From an uncultured Candidatus Saccharibacteria bacterium (GTDB lineage Bacteria > Patescibacteriota > Minisyncoccia > Phycocordibacterales > SBAW01), in NCBI GenBank assembly GCA_964349675.1, contig CAYGHD010000001.1:2273-66272 (forward strand): a stretch of DNA of 64,000 nucleotides, read 5' to 3'. The position numbers were made by a program, and so were the translations under genes. Positions 17,616 through 27,504 of this stretch are shown here, one piece after another. The first letter of the stretch is position 1. Each line of letters opens with the position of its first letter. The notes under the pieces were generated by a model that saw only the letters and a list, made by a program, of their open reading frames with translations, was not told the DNA's origin and did no database searches.

Positions 17616-18703
17616 GTGACCAGAAAAAGTTAGTTTTATATGTTGATCCAAAATGGCGCATTGCGGGTCCGCACATTCCACTGCTATATCCTTTTTGGGG
17701 GAATATCCTTGACCCGAAGTCGACGCCATTTCAATGGCAGCTATTTGAGACGTATCGTTTTGACACCAGATATTACTCCATAACTGACAACCCGCAAGAA
17801 GCGTCTGTTGTGTGTATGCCATACAGCCATAGTGTTGTTTTGCGGTATATGCCAGAAATGCTTGAGTGGTGCGCCGCTGCCTCAGCGCGTTTTAATAAAC
17901 CGCTACTTATCGATGGTATGGGGGATATTGAATATCCTATAACAACCCCAAACACCATTGTGTTGCGGTACGGTGGGTACCGTTTTGAAAAAAAAGACAA
18001 TGAAATACATTTGCCGCTCTATGCGGATGATTTGCTCGAGCGCTATCGAGGTGGCGTATATACACCTCGTGTTAAAACAGCGCTGCCAACAGTTGCATTT
18101 GTGGGGTGGGCGGCTCTTTCACCAATGCAGCAGTTGCGTGCTGTGGTTAAAGAGTTGCCGCAGCGTTTGTGCGCTCTTTTTGATTCGCGTTTTGGCGCCA
18201 AGAAAAAAGGTGTTTTTTTCCGGAAACAGGCAATGCGTGTGTTGCAGCGCTCGCCGCTTGTTGCAGCGCGCTTTCTGGTCCGCACCTCATATTCGGGACA
18301 TGCAGACACTGCGTCAAAAGATCCGGCGCTATTGAGAGAAGAGTTTATTGTTGCTATGGAGCAGGGCGATTATTGCTTGGATGTGCGCGGGGACGCAAAT
18401 GGCTCTATCCGATTATTTGAAATCTTGTCTCTCGGCATGATACCAGTCATCATCGACACGGAGCGGAATTTGCCTTTTTCCGACCAGATAGAATACAAAT
18501 CCTTTGCGTTGATTGTCGACTTCCGTGACATGGCCACATTGCCTGAGCGCATCGCGCAGTTTCATGCAGGGCTGTCACAAGAACAATTTGACCAGATGCG
18601 CCGAAGCGCCCGCGCAGCATATCTGACATACTTTCGCGTAGATGCAATACTGCCGCACCTGCTCCAAGAGCTCGAGAAACGCGGTGTCTTGTGCCAAAAG
18701 TAA
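17612..18703 (+). CDS. Exostosin-like (GT47-like) glycosyltransferase candidate
   Basis: DYCLDVRGDANGSIRLFEILSLGMIPVIIDTERNLPFSDQIEYKSFALIV resembles the GT47 C-terminal CLxPxG...RlfEa...GCIPVi...lPF pattern. Confidence 0.4.
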   Translation: MSDQKKLVLYVDPKWRIAGPHIPLLYPFWGNILDPKSTPFQWQLFETYRFDTRYYSITDNPQEASVVCMPYSHSVVLRYMPEMLEWCAAASARFNKPLLIDGMGDIEYPITTPNTIVLRYGGYRFEKKDNEIHLPLYADDLLERYRGGVYTPRVKTALPTVAFVGWAALSPMQQLRAVVKELPQRLCALFDSRFGAKKKGVFFRKQAMRVLQRSPLVAARFLVRTSYSGHADTASKDPALLREEFIVAMEQGDYCLDVRGDANGSIRLFEILSLGMIPVIIDTERNLPFSDQIEYKSFALIVDFRDMATLPERIAQFHAGLSQEQFDQMRRSARAAYLTYFRVDAILPHLLQELEKRGVLCQK

Positions 18704-18715
18704 GCCTTTGTTAGG

Positions 18716-21103
18716 ATGCCAGTATTCATGGCAGCGAAGGCCTATTTTATACTGCAGATTTTTAATGAAGAGGACAGCGTCCTTTCGGTTATTGAAAGCA
18801 TTGCGCGTTGCCCAGCACTTGCTCCCTGGGATGTGCGCATCTTGGCTGTCAACGACGGAAGTAGCGACAAAAGTCTCGCAGTGCTCACCGAGGCAGCAAA
18901 GACGTACCCAGTACATACCATTACCCATCAAACACGGCAGGGCATGCCGCTCTCGTTTAAAAGTGCATTTGCGTACCTCGAGCCGTTTTTGGAAGATGAT
19001 GATGTTGTTTTTACTCTAGAAGCAGATGCGACCAATGATATCGCTTGTGTCCCGCACATGCTGCAAGAAATCGATAAGGGAATGGATGTGGTCATCGCAT
19101 CTCGGTATGCGCCCGGCGCAGTGTCGCTTGGGTTCCCATGGTATCGGTTGTGGGGAAGCGAGGTGATTAATTTGTTTTTACGGTTACTTTGGAATGTTCC
19201 AAAAGTAAAAGACTACTCTGTTTTATATAGGGTCTATCGCGGCGCGCTGCTGCGCCGCTACTTTCAAGATAAAACGCCGTTTCGTGCCCGGAAGTCTTTT
19301 GCGGTTATTGCAGAAATTTTACTGCACGTCTCTCGCTATACCAACCGCTTTAGCGAAGTCCCGCTGAGGTATGACTACGGACTTAAAAAAGGAAAATCAA
19401 AAATGAAGCTGTTGCAGACGCTTTGGGAGTACACCCGCATTACCCCAAGGACGCCGTTTCGCAAACAGCCACTTTTTTGGATAGCCGCGGCGTCACTGTG
19501 CGCATACTTGACGGGCATTATGTATGGGTTCCCAGATTTAGTTGTGCTTGATGAGCCAGCCCTCACGCGCGGCGCACTCACCATGCTTAAACTCAAGACG
19601 CTGTTGCCGGTGCTGCATCCAGCAGACTTTGCAACCATGTACTATCCGCCGGTCACTGCCTACCTCTATCTTATTGTGTTGGCGCCGTTGATGCTTTTGG
19701 GATATTTGTTTTCGCAGGCCTCATCGCTTTCTTCCTATGCGACTCAACTGATATTGGATCCTACGGTGCCGTGGGTTGCGACCCGCGCGCTCACTGCTGT
19801 TATTGCAGCGATTGGAGTCTATAGTATCGGTCGCGTGGCAGAGAGAATGTTTGCTGGGAGCGGTGTTTTTGCGGCGCTTTTTTTAGCAACAAGTTTTCTC
19901 TATGTCACGTTTGCACATATCGCACGTCACTGGATGCCGTCGTTTCTGCTCATTATTTGTCTGATATGGGTTGCCTACCACATATTCCACACAGGTCAGA
20001 AGCGCTGGTACGTTTTGGCAGGCATATTTTCTGGCTTAGCTGTTGGCACGGGGGTCATCACGGGAGTGCTCGCTATTGTGCCGCTTTTGGCCCACCTCTT
20101 CAGAGTAGAAGCTCTGCAAACAAAGTTGAAAAGCGGCTCGCTATGGATTTTTATCGTACTCGCTTCCTTGTTGTCCACCATGTTGCTCGCGGCGCATCCA
20201 TTGGTCGTGTACAACCTATTTGCTGGTGAAAGCCAGCAGGGCATCACGATTGCTGGGCAAAAATCCCTTCTTGGCCTTGTTGAAATATATGTGATTGAGT
20301 TGCGCGATTTGGCACAGTCGGAGACGATGTTGCTATTTTTTGGACTTATCGGTATCCCGCTCTTTTTGCAAAAACATCGGCGTTTTGGGGCGGTGCTCAT
20401 CCTCTCTTTGGGTATTACTGTGCTGACGGTCTACGTGTTCCATTACTACTTACTACATTATCTGTCGCTCTTGATACCGATACTTGCTATTTTTGCAGGT
20501 GCTGGCGTCTCCAGTTTGGTCCGTGTGGCAAAGAGAAAATGGCTACAGACAGTACTCATCCTTTGTATTTTTGCACTACCCCTCAGTATCGCGCTGCGCT
20601 TTAGTTACCTTTGGCTACAACCAGACACACGGCATGATGCACGTGCCTATATCGAACAGCACGTTCCAGCCGATGCGCGTATTTTGTCTTATATGCCAAA
20701 TATGAAAGTGGTATGGCCGACGAAAGATGCAATTTCTGAGCGTCTTGCGTTCGATCCACTTTCAGCTCGCTTAGTGGACCGTACATTGTTGGAGCTTTCA
20801 TTGGACGAATATCCACAGCCAGCATTTTCGGTCTTTGAGCTCGGGACAATGTCTGAGACAGGAGCGCTTACGTTAAAAGCAACGCTGGAGCATAAAACAT
20901 TTGATTACGCGGTAATAGATCGCTCAGCCACAAGTATTCCTGTTGTTGATAGTTTGGTAGCGAATGGGGAGGTCGTCGCGCGCTTTCCAAAAAACGGTAC
21001 AATACTGAGTATTATTGCTAATGAATTTCAAGGCCCTGCGTTTTTGGCTTTCTCCATACCGCAAATGGGGCCCGAAGTATGGATAATCAAACTGTCCAAA
21101 TAA
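18716..21103 (+). CDS. Fusion protein: N-terminal GT2 (dolichyl/polyprenyl-phosphate sugar synthase-like) plus C-terminal multi-TM GT-C-like (PMT/ArnT-like) domain
   Basis: N-terminus: ILQIFNEEDSVLSVIESI...ILAVNDGSSDKS (GT2 DxD region) and DVVIASRY. After ~aa 250: 10 or more hydrophobic helices with loops, typical of GT-C enzymes; 795 aa. Confidence 0.6.
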   Translation: MPVFMAAKAYFILQIFNEEDSVLSVIESIARCPALAPWDVRILAVNDGSSDKSLAVLTEAAKTYPVHTITHQTRQGMPLSFKSAFAYLEPFLEDDDVVFTLEADATNDIACVPHMLQEIDKGMDVVIASRYAPGAVSLGFPWYRLWGSEVINLFLRLLWNVPKVKDYSVLYRVYRGALLRRYFQDKTPFRARKSFAVIAEILLHVSRYTNRFSEVPLRYDYGLKKGKSKMKLLQTLWEYTRITPRTPFRKQPLFWIAAASLCAYLTGIMYGFPDLVVLDEPALTRGALTMLKLKTLLPVLHPADFATMYYPPVTAYLYLIVLAPLMLLGYLFSQASSLSSYATQLILDPTVPWVATRALTAVIAAIGVYSIGRVAERMFAGSGVFAALFLATSFLYVTFAHIARHWMPSFLLIICLIWVAYHIFHTGQKRWYVLAGIFSGLAVGTGVITGVLAIVPLLAHLFRVEALQTKLKSGSLWIFIVLASLLSTMLLAAHPLVVYNLFAGESQQGITIAGQKSLLGLVEIYVIELRDLAQSETMLLFFGLIGIPLFLQKHRRFGAVLILSLGITVLTVYVFHYYLLHYLSLLIPILAIFAGAGVSSLVRVAKRKWLQTVLILCIFALPLSIALRFSYLWLQPDTRHDARAYIEQHVPADARILSYMPNMKVVWPTKDAISERLAFDPLSARLVDRTLLELSLDEYPQPAFSVFELGTMSETGALTLKATLEHKTFDYAVIDRSATSIPVVDSLVANGEVVARFPKNGTILSIIANEFQGPAFLAFSIPQMGPEVWIIKLSK

Positions 21104-21975
21104 GAAAGGCGCTCGTCATAGGGTCGTCAGGGTTGCTCGGGCAAGCGCTTGTTCCGTATCTTCAAAAAAAAGGATTCACAGTGCTCACGCCGACGCATAC
21201 CGCACTACCTGTCGAGGATTATGCTGCGGTTCTTGAGTTTCTCAAGGTGCACCGGCCGTCCGTGGTGATAAACGCTGCGGCAGCAATCAATGTTGATGCA
21301 GTCGAGGTTGATCCATACATCGCTTGGCAGGCAAACACGCTTGGCGCGGCGGCGTGTGCCCGTGCGCTCGCTGAGCTGCAGATGCAGGACACTCCATACC
21401 TATACATCAGCACAAACTATGTATTTGATGATAGTCGCGCAGTCTATTGCGAAGCAGACCCCGTCTCTCCAATGAATGTGTATGGAGAGACAAAAGCAAA
21501 GGGGGAGTCGTTGATTGCAACATATTGCACAAAAGGTAGTATTCCGTACTATATTGCGCGCACGTCGTGGTTGTATGGAGAACACAAGAATACTTTTGTC
21601 GATGCGATGGTGGCCGCACTTCAGCGAGGAGAAACGGTGCAGGCGTTTTCGAAGCATTTAGGCAATCTTACTGCGGTGAGTGACTTTGTTCGCGCGCTTA
21701 TAGACGAGCTCTACCTGCAGCAGAGACCTTCCGGGATATATCATCTTATTAATGAAGTTGCTGATGCGGCAGGAGGAGTGTCTCGGTATGCAGTTGCGGC
21801 ACACGTGGCCTCGGTACTTGGAGTAGATCAAGCGCGGGTGCAAAAAAACGACCAAGCAGTCGCTTTTGTTGCAGAGCGCCCAGCAACTGCTGTGTTGCGT
21901 AATACAAAACTTCCGCCACTGCCTCTGTGGGACGATGCGTTGACTGCGTATCTTCGTGCAGTGTATATGGTATGA
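21079..21975 (+). CDS. rmlD: dTDP-4-dehydrorhamnose reductase
   Basis: KALVIGSSGLLGQALVPYL Rossmann motif; SPMNVYGETKAKGE (the YxxxK catalytic motif of RmlD); 298 aa. Confidence 0.65.
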   Translation: MDNQTVQIRKALVIGSSGLLGQALVPYLQKKGFTVLTPTHTALPVEDYAAVLEFLKVHRPSVVINAAAAINVDAVEVDPYIAWQANTLGAAACARALAELQMQDTPYLYISTNYVFDDSRAVYCEADPVSPMNVYGETKAKGESLIATYCTKGSIPYYIARTSWLYGEHKNTFVDAMVAALQRGETVQAFSKHLGNLTAVSDFVRALIDELYLQQRPSGIYHLINEVADAAGGVSRYAVAAHVASVLGVDQARVQKNDQAVAFVAERPATAVLRNTKLPPLPLWDDALTAYLRAVYMV

Positions 21976-23386
21976 ATAGGATGCGATGGGGTCATATTTT
22001 CTTATGTGTGGTAGCGTGCTGTGCGATTATATTTTTTTCCACCTATAAATTATTTGAAAGCCCAGAAACCTGGATGGATGAAGGTTTCATCATTCAATCT
22101 GTCGTTGGTCTGCTCTACACTGGGGCGCTGGCGCTACCGGTGGCTCCAGGAGTATTTGAATCAGCGTGGTATATGACCACAGGTTTTCCTGTGGTGCTGC
22201 CGCTGGCTGGGGCGTTTGCGCTGTTCGGTCCCTCGCTTGAAGTTGCGCGGGTAGTTATGGTTTTGTTTTTGTTCAGTTTTTTTGCAGCAGTGTGGATATA
22301 TGCGCGTGCAGTATTTAGTGAACGGATAAGTTACTTGAGTGTATTTTTTTTGATCTGCTTCGCCCCCATATATGGAAATGGTCGCAATGTATTAGGCGAA
22401 GTTCCAGGGCTCCTCTTCATAGTGCTCACTCTGTCGCTCCTGCTCCCCAAGGATCCCTTAACGCCGAGACGAGCAACTTTGTTGGGCGTGGGAGCTGGTA
22501 TCGTAGTCGCGACGAAGCCCATCTTTATTCTTTTTGCCGCCGCGCTTATTGTGGTGCTTTTTTTCCGCAGGGATGAATATGCGCTACAAAAGCAGCTCAA
22601 GTTTTTTCTATTGGGTGCTTGGGTGCCAGTATGTTTTTGGTACGTACTGCAATTTGGCGATGCCACTATTCCTCAAATACTGACGCTATACGCAAATCCG
22701 CATACCATTCCGCTTCTCGACGCGCTGCAAAGCACGATGGTACGTTTTTATACCGAGGCGCAGCCAGCTTTTTTTCTCATGCTACTGATAGTGTGGGCGG
22801 TAAGTTATGGTATCCGTCGATTTCGGCGCGAGCCTGTTTCTGCTGCGGAAGAGGTGCTCCTACTTTTTTCCGTGCTGGTCTTATGTTTGTACTTGCGTAC
22901 CGCTGGGTATTATCGATATTTTTTCCGGCACAAGTATTCGCTCTGCTGTACCTACCGAGCGCGGCGTTGTACATAGGGCGGCAGATGCGTATCCGTGGGT
23001 TTGTTATAGCCGGACTTCTTGGACTACTTTTACTTCTCTCATATGAGACACTATTTCGCTCATGGGTTGCTGTGCATTATCGGGCGACACGGACAGAGGC
23101 TTTAGCTCAGTATTTTGCTACAGTACCGGCAGATCAATCATTGTTCATATACCAAGCGCCCGAGGCGGCTCCTTTTGCTCTTGGTCATCAATTTTACCAA
23201 TATGCCCAGGTTGTACCGGGGTTGCATGCTGGCGCGCAGTGGGCACCCAAAGTGTTGGCGGGCGATGCCGCGGTGGTTTTGACGTCTCAAGGTATTTTTG
23301 GGGCTCAAAAAGATACCACTTTTGCAAAATATCGGATTTCTGAGACCATAGATGATTACGTCATTCTAGTGCCAAAACAGCGCTAG
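21972..23386 (+). pseudogene. Multi-TM membrane protein (GT-C-like?) split by an apparent frameshift near 22880-22900
   Basis: ORF 21972..22976 (frame 0) and ORF 22619..23386 (frame 2) both code hydrophobic helices across 22860-22930. Each has non-protein-like Arg-rich translation outside the overlap, consistent with one gene that changes frame. Confidence 0.4.
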
Positions 23387-23399
23387 GTATGGTATAAGA

Positions 23400-24440
23400 G
23401 TGAGTATGAAAAAAGCACTGATTACCGGCATTACTGGCCAGGACGGCTCGTACCTCGCAGAGTTGCTTATTGCTAAGGGGTATGAAGTGCACGGGCTTGT
23501 CCGGCGGGTGAGCACCCATAATCGGCACAATATTGACCACATTTTTAATACCGATGCGCTGCAAGCTAAGCATCTGCACTGGGGCGATATGTCGGATATG
23601 AATTCGCTCGTTACTGCTTTGGCAAAAATCCAGCCGGACGAAGTCTATAATTTGGCAGCACAGTCGCATGTAAAAGTATCGTTTGAGGTGCCTTCCTACA
23701 CAGCGCATACAGACGCAATCGGAGTCTTGTCGCTTCTGGAAGCAATGCGGATGCTGGGGCTACAAAAAACAAAAATGTACCAAGCCTCGACGTCCGAGTT
23801 GTACAGTGGCGAGAAAAAACATGCACCACAAAATGAAAAAACACCTTTTAAGCCGCGTAGTCCGTATGGGGTCGCAAAGCTCTATGCGTTTGAGATAGCG
23901 CGAGTATATCGAGAGAGTTATGGCATGTTCGTCGTTAATGGTATTTTATTTAATCACGAGTCACCGCGTCGAGGAATGACCTTTGTGTCGCGTAAAATTG
24001 CGCATGCTGTTGCAGAGATAGCGTTGGGGAAAAGAGAATCGCTTACGCTGGGGAATTTGGACGCGGCTCGAGACTGGGGGTATGCTCCAGAGTATATGGA
24101 AGCTGCCTGGCAAATGCTTCAGCAAAAAACACCGCAGGATTTTGTGATTGCAACAGGAGAGACGCACTCTGTCCGAGAGTTTGTGGAAGCGGCCTTCAGT
24201 CGAGTGGGTATCGCTATTCGCTGGAAGGGAGCAGGTGTTCGCGAAGTTGGGGTTGATGCAAAAACTGGCAAAGTATTGGTCAGGGTAGATCCAGCACATT
24301 TTCGGCCCAATGAGGTGGAACATCTGCACGGGGATGCTCGGCTGGCGCGCAAAACACTCGGCTGGAAGCCAAAAACCACGTTTCAGAAATTGGTGAATAT
24401 TATGGTAGATGCTGAACTCGAGCGTATAAAAGGCGTATAA
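23400..24440 (+). CDS. gmd: GDP-mannose 4,6-dehydratase
   Basis: MKKALITGITGQDGSYLAELLIAKGYEVHGLVRRVSTHN, then YQASTSELYSG and NHESPRRG; collinear with E. coli Gmd throughout. Confidence 0.9.
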   Translation: MSMKKALITGITGQDGSYLAELLIAKGYEVHGLVRRVSTHNRHNIDHIFNTDALQAKHLHWGDMSDMNSLVTALAKIQPDEVYNLAAQSHVKVSFEVPSYTAHTDAIGVLSLLEAMRMLGLQKTKMYQASTSELYSGEKKHAPQNEKTPFKPRSPYGVAKLYAFEIARVYRESYGMFVVNGILFNHESPRRGMTFVSRKIAHAVAEIALGKRESLTLGNLDAARDWGYAPEYMEAAWQMLQQKTPQDFVIATGETHSVREFVEAAFSRVGIAIRWKGAGVREVGVDAKTGKVLVRVDPAHFRPNEVEHLHGDARLARKTLGWKPKTTFQKLVNIMVDAELERIKGV

Positions 24441-24449
24441 TAGGGATGT

Positions 24450-25649
24450 ATGGAAAAAATCTCTGAGCAAATCGGGGTCGGTTGTCTGGAAATTACTGAA
24501 ACTGAACGGCGCTATGTAAATCAAGTGCTGGATTCTGGACGTATTTCATATGGCCCTTTTTTGCAACGGTTTGAAAAAGAATTTGCTCAAGCGCATGATA
24601 TGCGTTTTGGCGTCATGGTAAACAGTGGGACGAGTGCGCTTGAGATGGCGGTGGCTGCCCTGAAGGAGGTATATGAATGGGAAGATGGGGATGAAGTGTT
24701 GTGTCCCGCTGTTACATTTGTAGCGACCAGTAATGTTATTTTGGCAAATAACCTCAATGTTGTTTTTGTGGACGTTGATCCGCGGACGTATAACTTAGAT
24801 CCTAAAAAGATAGAAGAGAAAATAACACCTCGCACTAAAGCTATTATGGTGGTGCATTTGTTTGGGCAGCCGGCGGCCATGGACGAAATCATGGAGATCG
24901 CCAAAAAACACAATCTGCGGGTCATTGAAGATTCCTGCGAAACAATGTTCGCACGGTACAAGGGTGTATCCACGGGATCTTTTGGGGACATCGGCTGTTT
25001 TTCAACCTATGTTGCGCATATTCTGGTGACGGGTGTCGGTGGGCTAGCGGTTACCGATAATCCGCAGTACGCAGCGCTGCTCCGCAGCCTTGCCAACCAT
25101 GGGCGGGATAATATTTATATTTCAATTGACGATGATAAGGGTGCATCAGGAGATCGTCTAAAAGAGGTGATTGCTCGTCGTTTTAGTTTCGTGCGGCGCG
25201 GCTATAGTTATCGGGTGACTGAGATGGAAGGGGCGCTCGGTTGTGCGCAGCTTGAACGGCACGCGAGTATGATAGAAAAAAGAAAAGCAAATGGTGCCTT
25301 TTTGAAAGAAAAACTTTCAGCGTTTGAAAAAGATCTCCAGCTTCCGTGGTGGCCAGACCACGCGGACCACGTGTTCATGATGTTCCCTATTGTTATACGT
25401 GAAGATTCGTCGGTGACGAAGCAAGAGCTCACGCAGTTTTTGGAAGAGCATAATGTTGAAACCCGGGAGATGTTGCCGCTCATAAACCAGCCCTATGTGA
25501 GAGCAGTGTCGGGTGACTTAGAGGCAGATTTTCCGGTGGCGCGCTGGATAAATAATAATGGGTTTTATATTGCCTCACACCAAATGCTCACCGATACTCA
25601 AAAAGAGTATATGGTCTCGGTCTTTCAAGAATTTTTTGCTACTCGGTAG
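24450..25649 (+). CDS. DegT/DnrJ/EryC1/StrS-family PLP/PMP enzyme; ColD-like (GDP-4-keto-6-deoxymannose 3-dehydratase) candidate
   Basis: Fold-type I sugar aminotransferase family: GDIGCFSTYVAHILVTGVGGLAV aligns with the usual FSFxxxK....GEGG block, but His sits where the Schiff-base Lys is expected, as in ColD/E1 3-dehydratases; immediately downstream of gmd. Confidence 0.6.
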   Translation: MEKISEQIGVGCLEITETERRYVNQVLDSGRISYGPFLQRFEKEFAQAHDMRFGVMVNSGTSALEMAVAALKEVYEWEDGDEVLCPAVTFVATSNVILANNLNVVFVDVDPRTYNLDPKKIEEKITPRTKAIMVVHLFGQPAAMDEIMEIAKKHNLRVIEDSCETMFARYKGVSTGSFGDIGCFSTYVAHILVTGVGGLAVTDNPQYAALLRSLANHGRDNIYISIDDDKGASGDRLKEVIARRFSFVRRGYSYRVTEMEGALGCAQLERHASMIEKRKANGAFLKEKLSAFEKDLQLPWWPDHADHVFMMFPIVIREDSSVTKQELTQFLEEHNVETREMLPLINQPYVRAVSGDLEADFPVARWINNNGFYIASHQMLTDTQKEYMVSVFQEFFATR

Positions 25650-26076
25650 GGTGTTTTTTCCATACCCATAGGCGATACCAATTGTAGTTCCAAATAAATC
25701 CAAGCAATATCCCGGCACCGTAGGCGACGTGGATGATGAGTAGGTCATGGGTCATCCGCTCTGCAATAAAAACAAAAAGCCATTGCAAGAAGACAGATCC
25801 TAAAACCACAAGGTGAAATTTTGCTAAACGGGTAGGGCTCGGGAGTTGCCGTCCTGAAAAAGAAAAATAGTTGTTGAGTATAAAATTCGATAGTATGCCG
25901 AACTCGCTTCCAATGAGTGCGGCAGTGCTGAGGCTGACGAGCTCCAAATATACGCCGATTATCTCAAAGACTGCGGTTTGTATACCCACCCCCACAACGC
26001 CAACACTGGCAGTGCGGAAAAGTCGAGATGCATACATGTGGCGCCCTGTGTTGGTAATCCGTGTGAGTAGCTCCAT
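25639..26076 (-). CDS. GtrA-family membrane protein (lipid-linked sugar translocation accessory)
   Basis: 4-TM 145-aa protein; VFEIIGVYLELVSLSTAALIGSEFGILSNFILNNYFSF is GtrA-like. Confidence 0.6.
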   Translation of the reverse strand: MELLTRITNTGRHMYASRLFRTASVGVVGVGIQTAVFEIIGVYLELVSLSTAALIGSEFGILSNFILNNYFSFSGRQLPSPTRLAKFHLVVLGSVFLQWLFVFIAERMTHDLLIIHVAYGAGILLGFIWNYNWYRLWVWKKHPTE

Positions 26077-26082
26077 ACTGAT

Positions 26083-27504
26083 TTACTGTAATTTGCTGCG
26101 GCGTAGTATATGCCACACAATGCTGGCGCCTTGTGTTGCTAAAAGCAGCATAAATGGCGCGGCCGGCATACGGTACCGATGCTCGGTCACTGGGCCAGTT
26201 AGGAGTGCAAAATAAAGCACCATGCCCGAAGCAAACAAGATAAACCAAAATGCCGTTGGTCGAGCGTACAGCGTGTGTCCAAGAGCTACAAGCCACAACA
26301 GCGAGATAATAATCCATGGAGTTGATCCTATGAGGAGCATTGAGAGATTTATGGAAGGGTGTGAGAAATAGTAAAACATATCTCCCCAAGCTCTCTGAAG
26401 CAGCATGTCGCTGAAGTTTGTCTGATCTGGTGGTATCTGGATGATGCCGGTGATGCGGTTCATGTCGCGCACGCCGTCGGTAATAAAAAATGGAATCGTT
26501 TTGATGAGATGGAACTGTGCATAAGCGAGGTATCTCCCTTCGAGGCTGTCATGCATCATTTTTTCAAAAATAGCCTTATGTTCTAAAGAGGGAAATCGCA
26601 ATGAGGTGGGAGGTACAGGGATTGGTGCGGTATATACGGCGGAAGCTTCAGACAAAGGAACTGTATTGACGTGCGCGTAAAATAACGGCAAATTATATTG
26701 GGTAAAATTTATATAGGGCGTTGCAGAGGCTTCCGCAACGCCATAAAGCGCGTAATTTCTCAAACACCAAGGGAGCACCACCAACGCAGCGCTAATGGTA
26801 AATACGCTCAAGTAGAGCGCCGTGTGCGATAGCGGCCGTAGTGTTTTTTTATGAAGCACGATATAGGCTATTGCAAGACAAGGGATAAGGTATTGTGCAA
26901 TAACGCGAATTAAAATGGTGGCGCCAAAAAGCAGTCCGCTTGTACACGCAAGTAGTATGTTGGTGTAGAGCGACGTTGTTTTGTAGAGAAAAAGGTATAT
27001 AGAGAGTATCAAAGTAAACACAAACAGTGTGTCGGACATAATGAACGTCGAGAAAAAAACAGTAGTGGGCTCAACACACAGCAGGAGCGCAGCCACAAAC
27101 GCAACTTTTTCAGATAAGAATTTTTTCCCAATAAGGTAGGTTAGGACAACCGTTGCACTTGAAAGAAGGATTTGAACAATCGTAATTAATACCATAGAGA
27201 GTCCCGCGCTCCCCAGAAGGTACAAAAAGAAAGGATACCCCGGCAAGCGAAAGTTTTCTGGAATAAACGGTGCAGCTGCTGAAAGAGAATATTCGTGATT
27301 AACGAGTAGATTTTGTGCTAGAAGAAAATAGCTTTTTGAATCGCCGTTAAATACAGGGTAATTTGTGTCAGGGGGCGTGTGCCCCAGTACGGTAAACCAG
27401 ATAAAAAGTCCAATAAAAACCCCCAGGCGCGCCGCTAGGGCAATGGTAAAGAGAATAAGTATTTTCCGGTATGGCAGTATGTAGTGGGTGTATAGGCGAC
27501 TCAT
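26083..27504 (-). CDS. GT-C fold membrane glycosyltransferase (ArnT/PMT_2-like)
   Basis: 473 aa, about 11-13 TM helices; first periplasmic loop carries NGDSKSYFLLAQNLL, similar to the DxxK/Y region of PMT_2/ArnT enzymes. Confidence 0.5.
   Translation of the reverse strand: MSRLYTHYILPYRKILILFTIALAARLGVFIGLFIWFTVLGHTPPDTNYPVFNGDSKSYFLLAQNLLVNHEYSLSAAAPFIPENFRLPGYPFFLYLLGSAGLSMVLITIVQILLSSATVVLTYLIGKKFLSEKVAFVAALLLCVEPTTVFFSTFIMSDTLFVFTLILSIYLFLYKTTSLYTNILLACTSGLLFGATILIRVIAQYLIPCLAIAYIVLHKKTLRPLSHTALYLSVFTISAALVVLPWCLRNYALYGVAEASATPYINFTQYNLPLFYAHVNTVPLSEASAVYTAPIPVPPTSLRFPSLEHKAIFEKMMHDSLEGRYLAYAQFHLIKTIPFFITDGVRDMNRITGIIQIPPDQTNFSDMLLQRAWGDMFYYFSHPSINLSMLLIGSTPWIIISLLWLVALGHTLYARPTAFWFILFASGMVLYFALLTGPVTEHRYRMPAAPFMLLLATQGASIVWHILRRSKLQ

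Noticed and set aside
22619-22880. 5' part of ORF 22619..23386 as an independent gene start
   Set aside because: Its translation here is Arg/Ala-rich and non-protein-like and overlaps the frame-0 TM helices; better explained as the out-of-frame continuation of a frameshifted gene.
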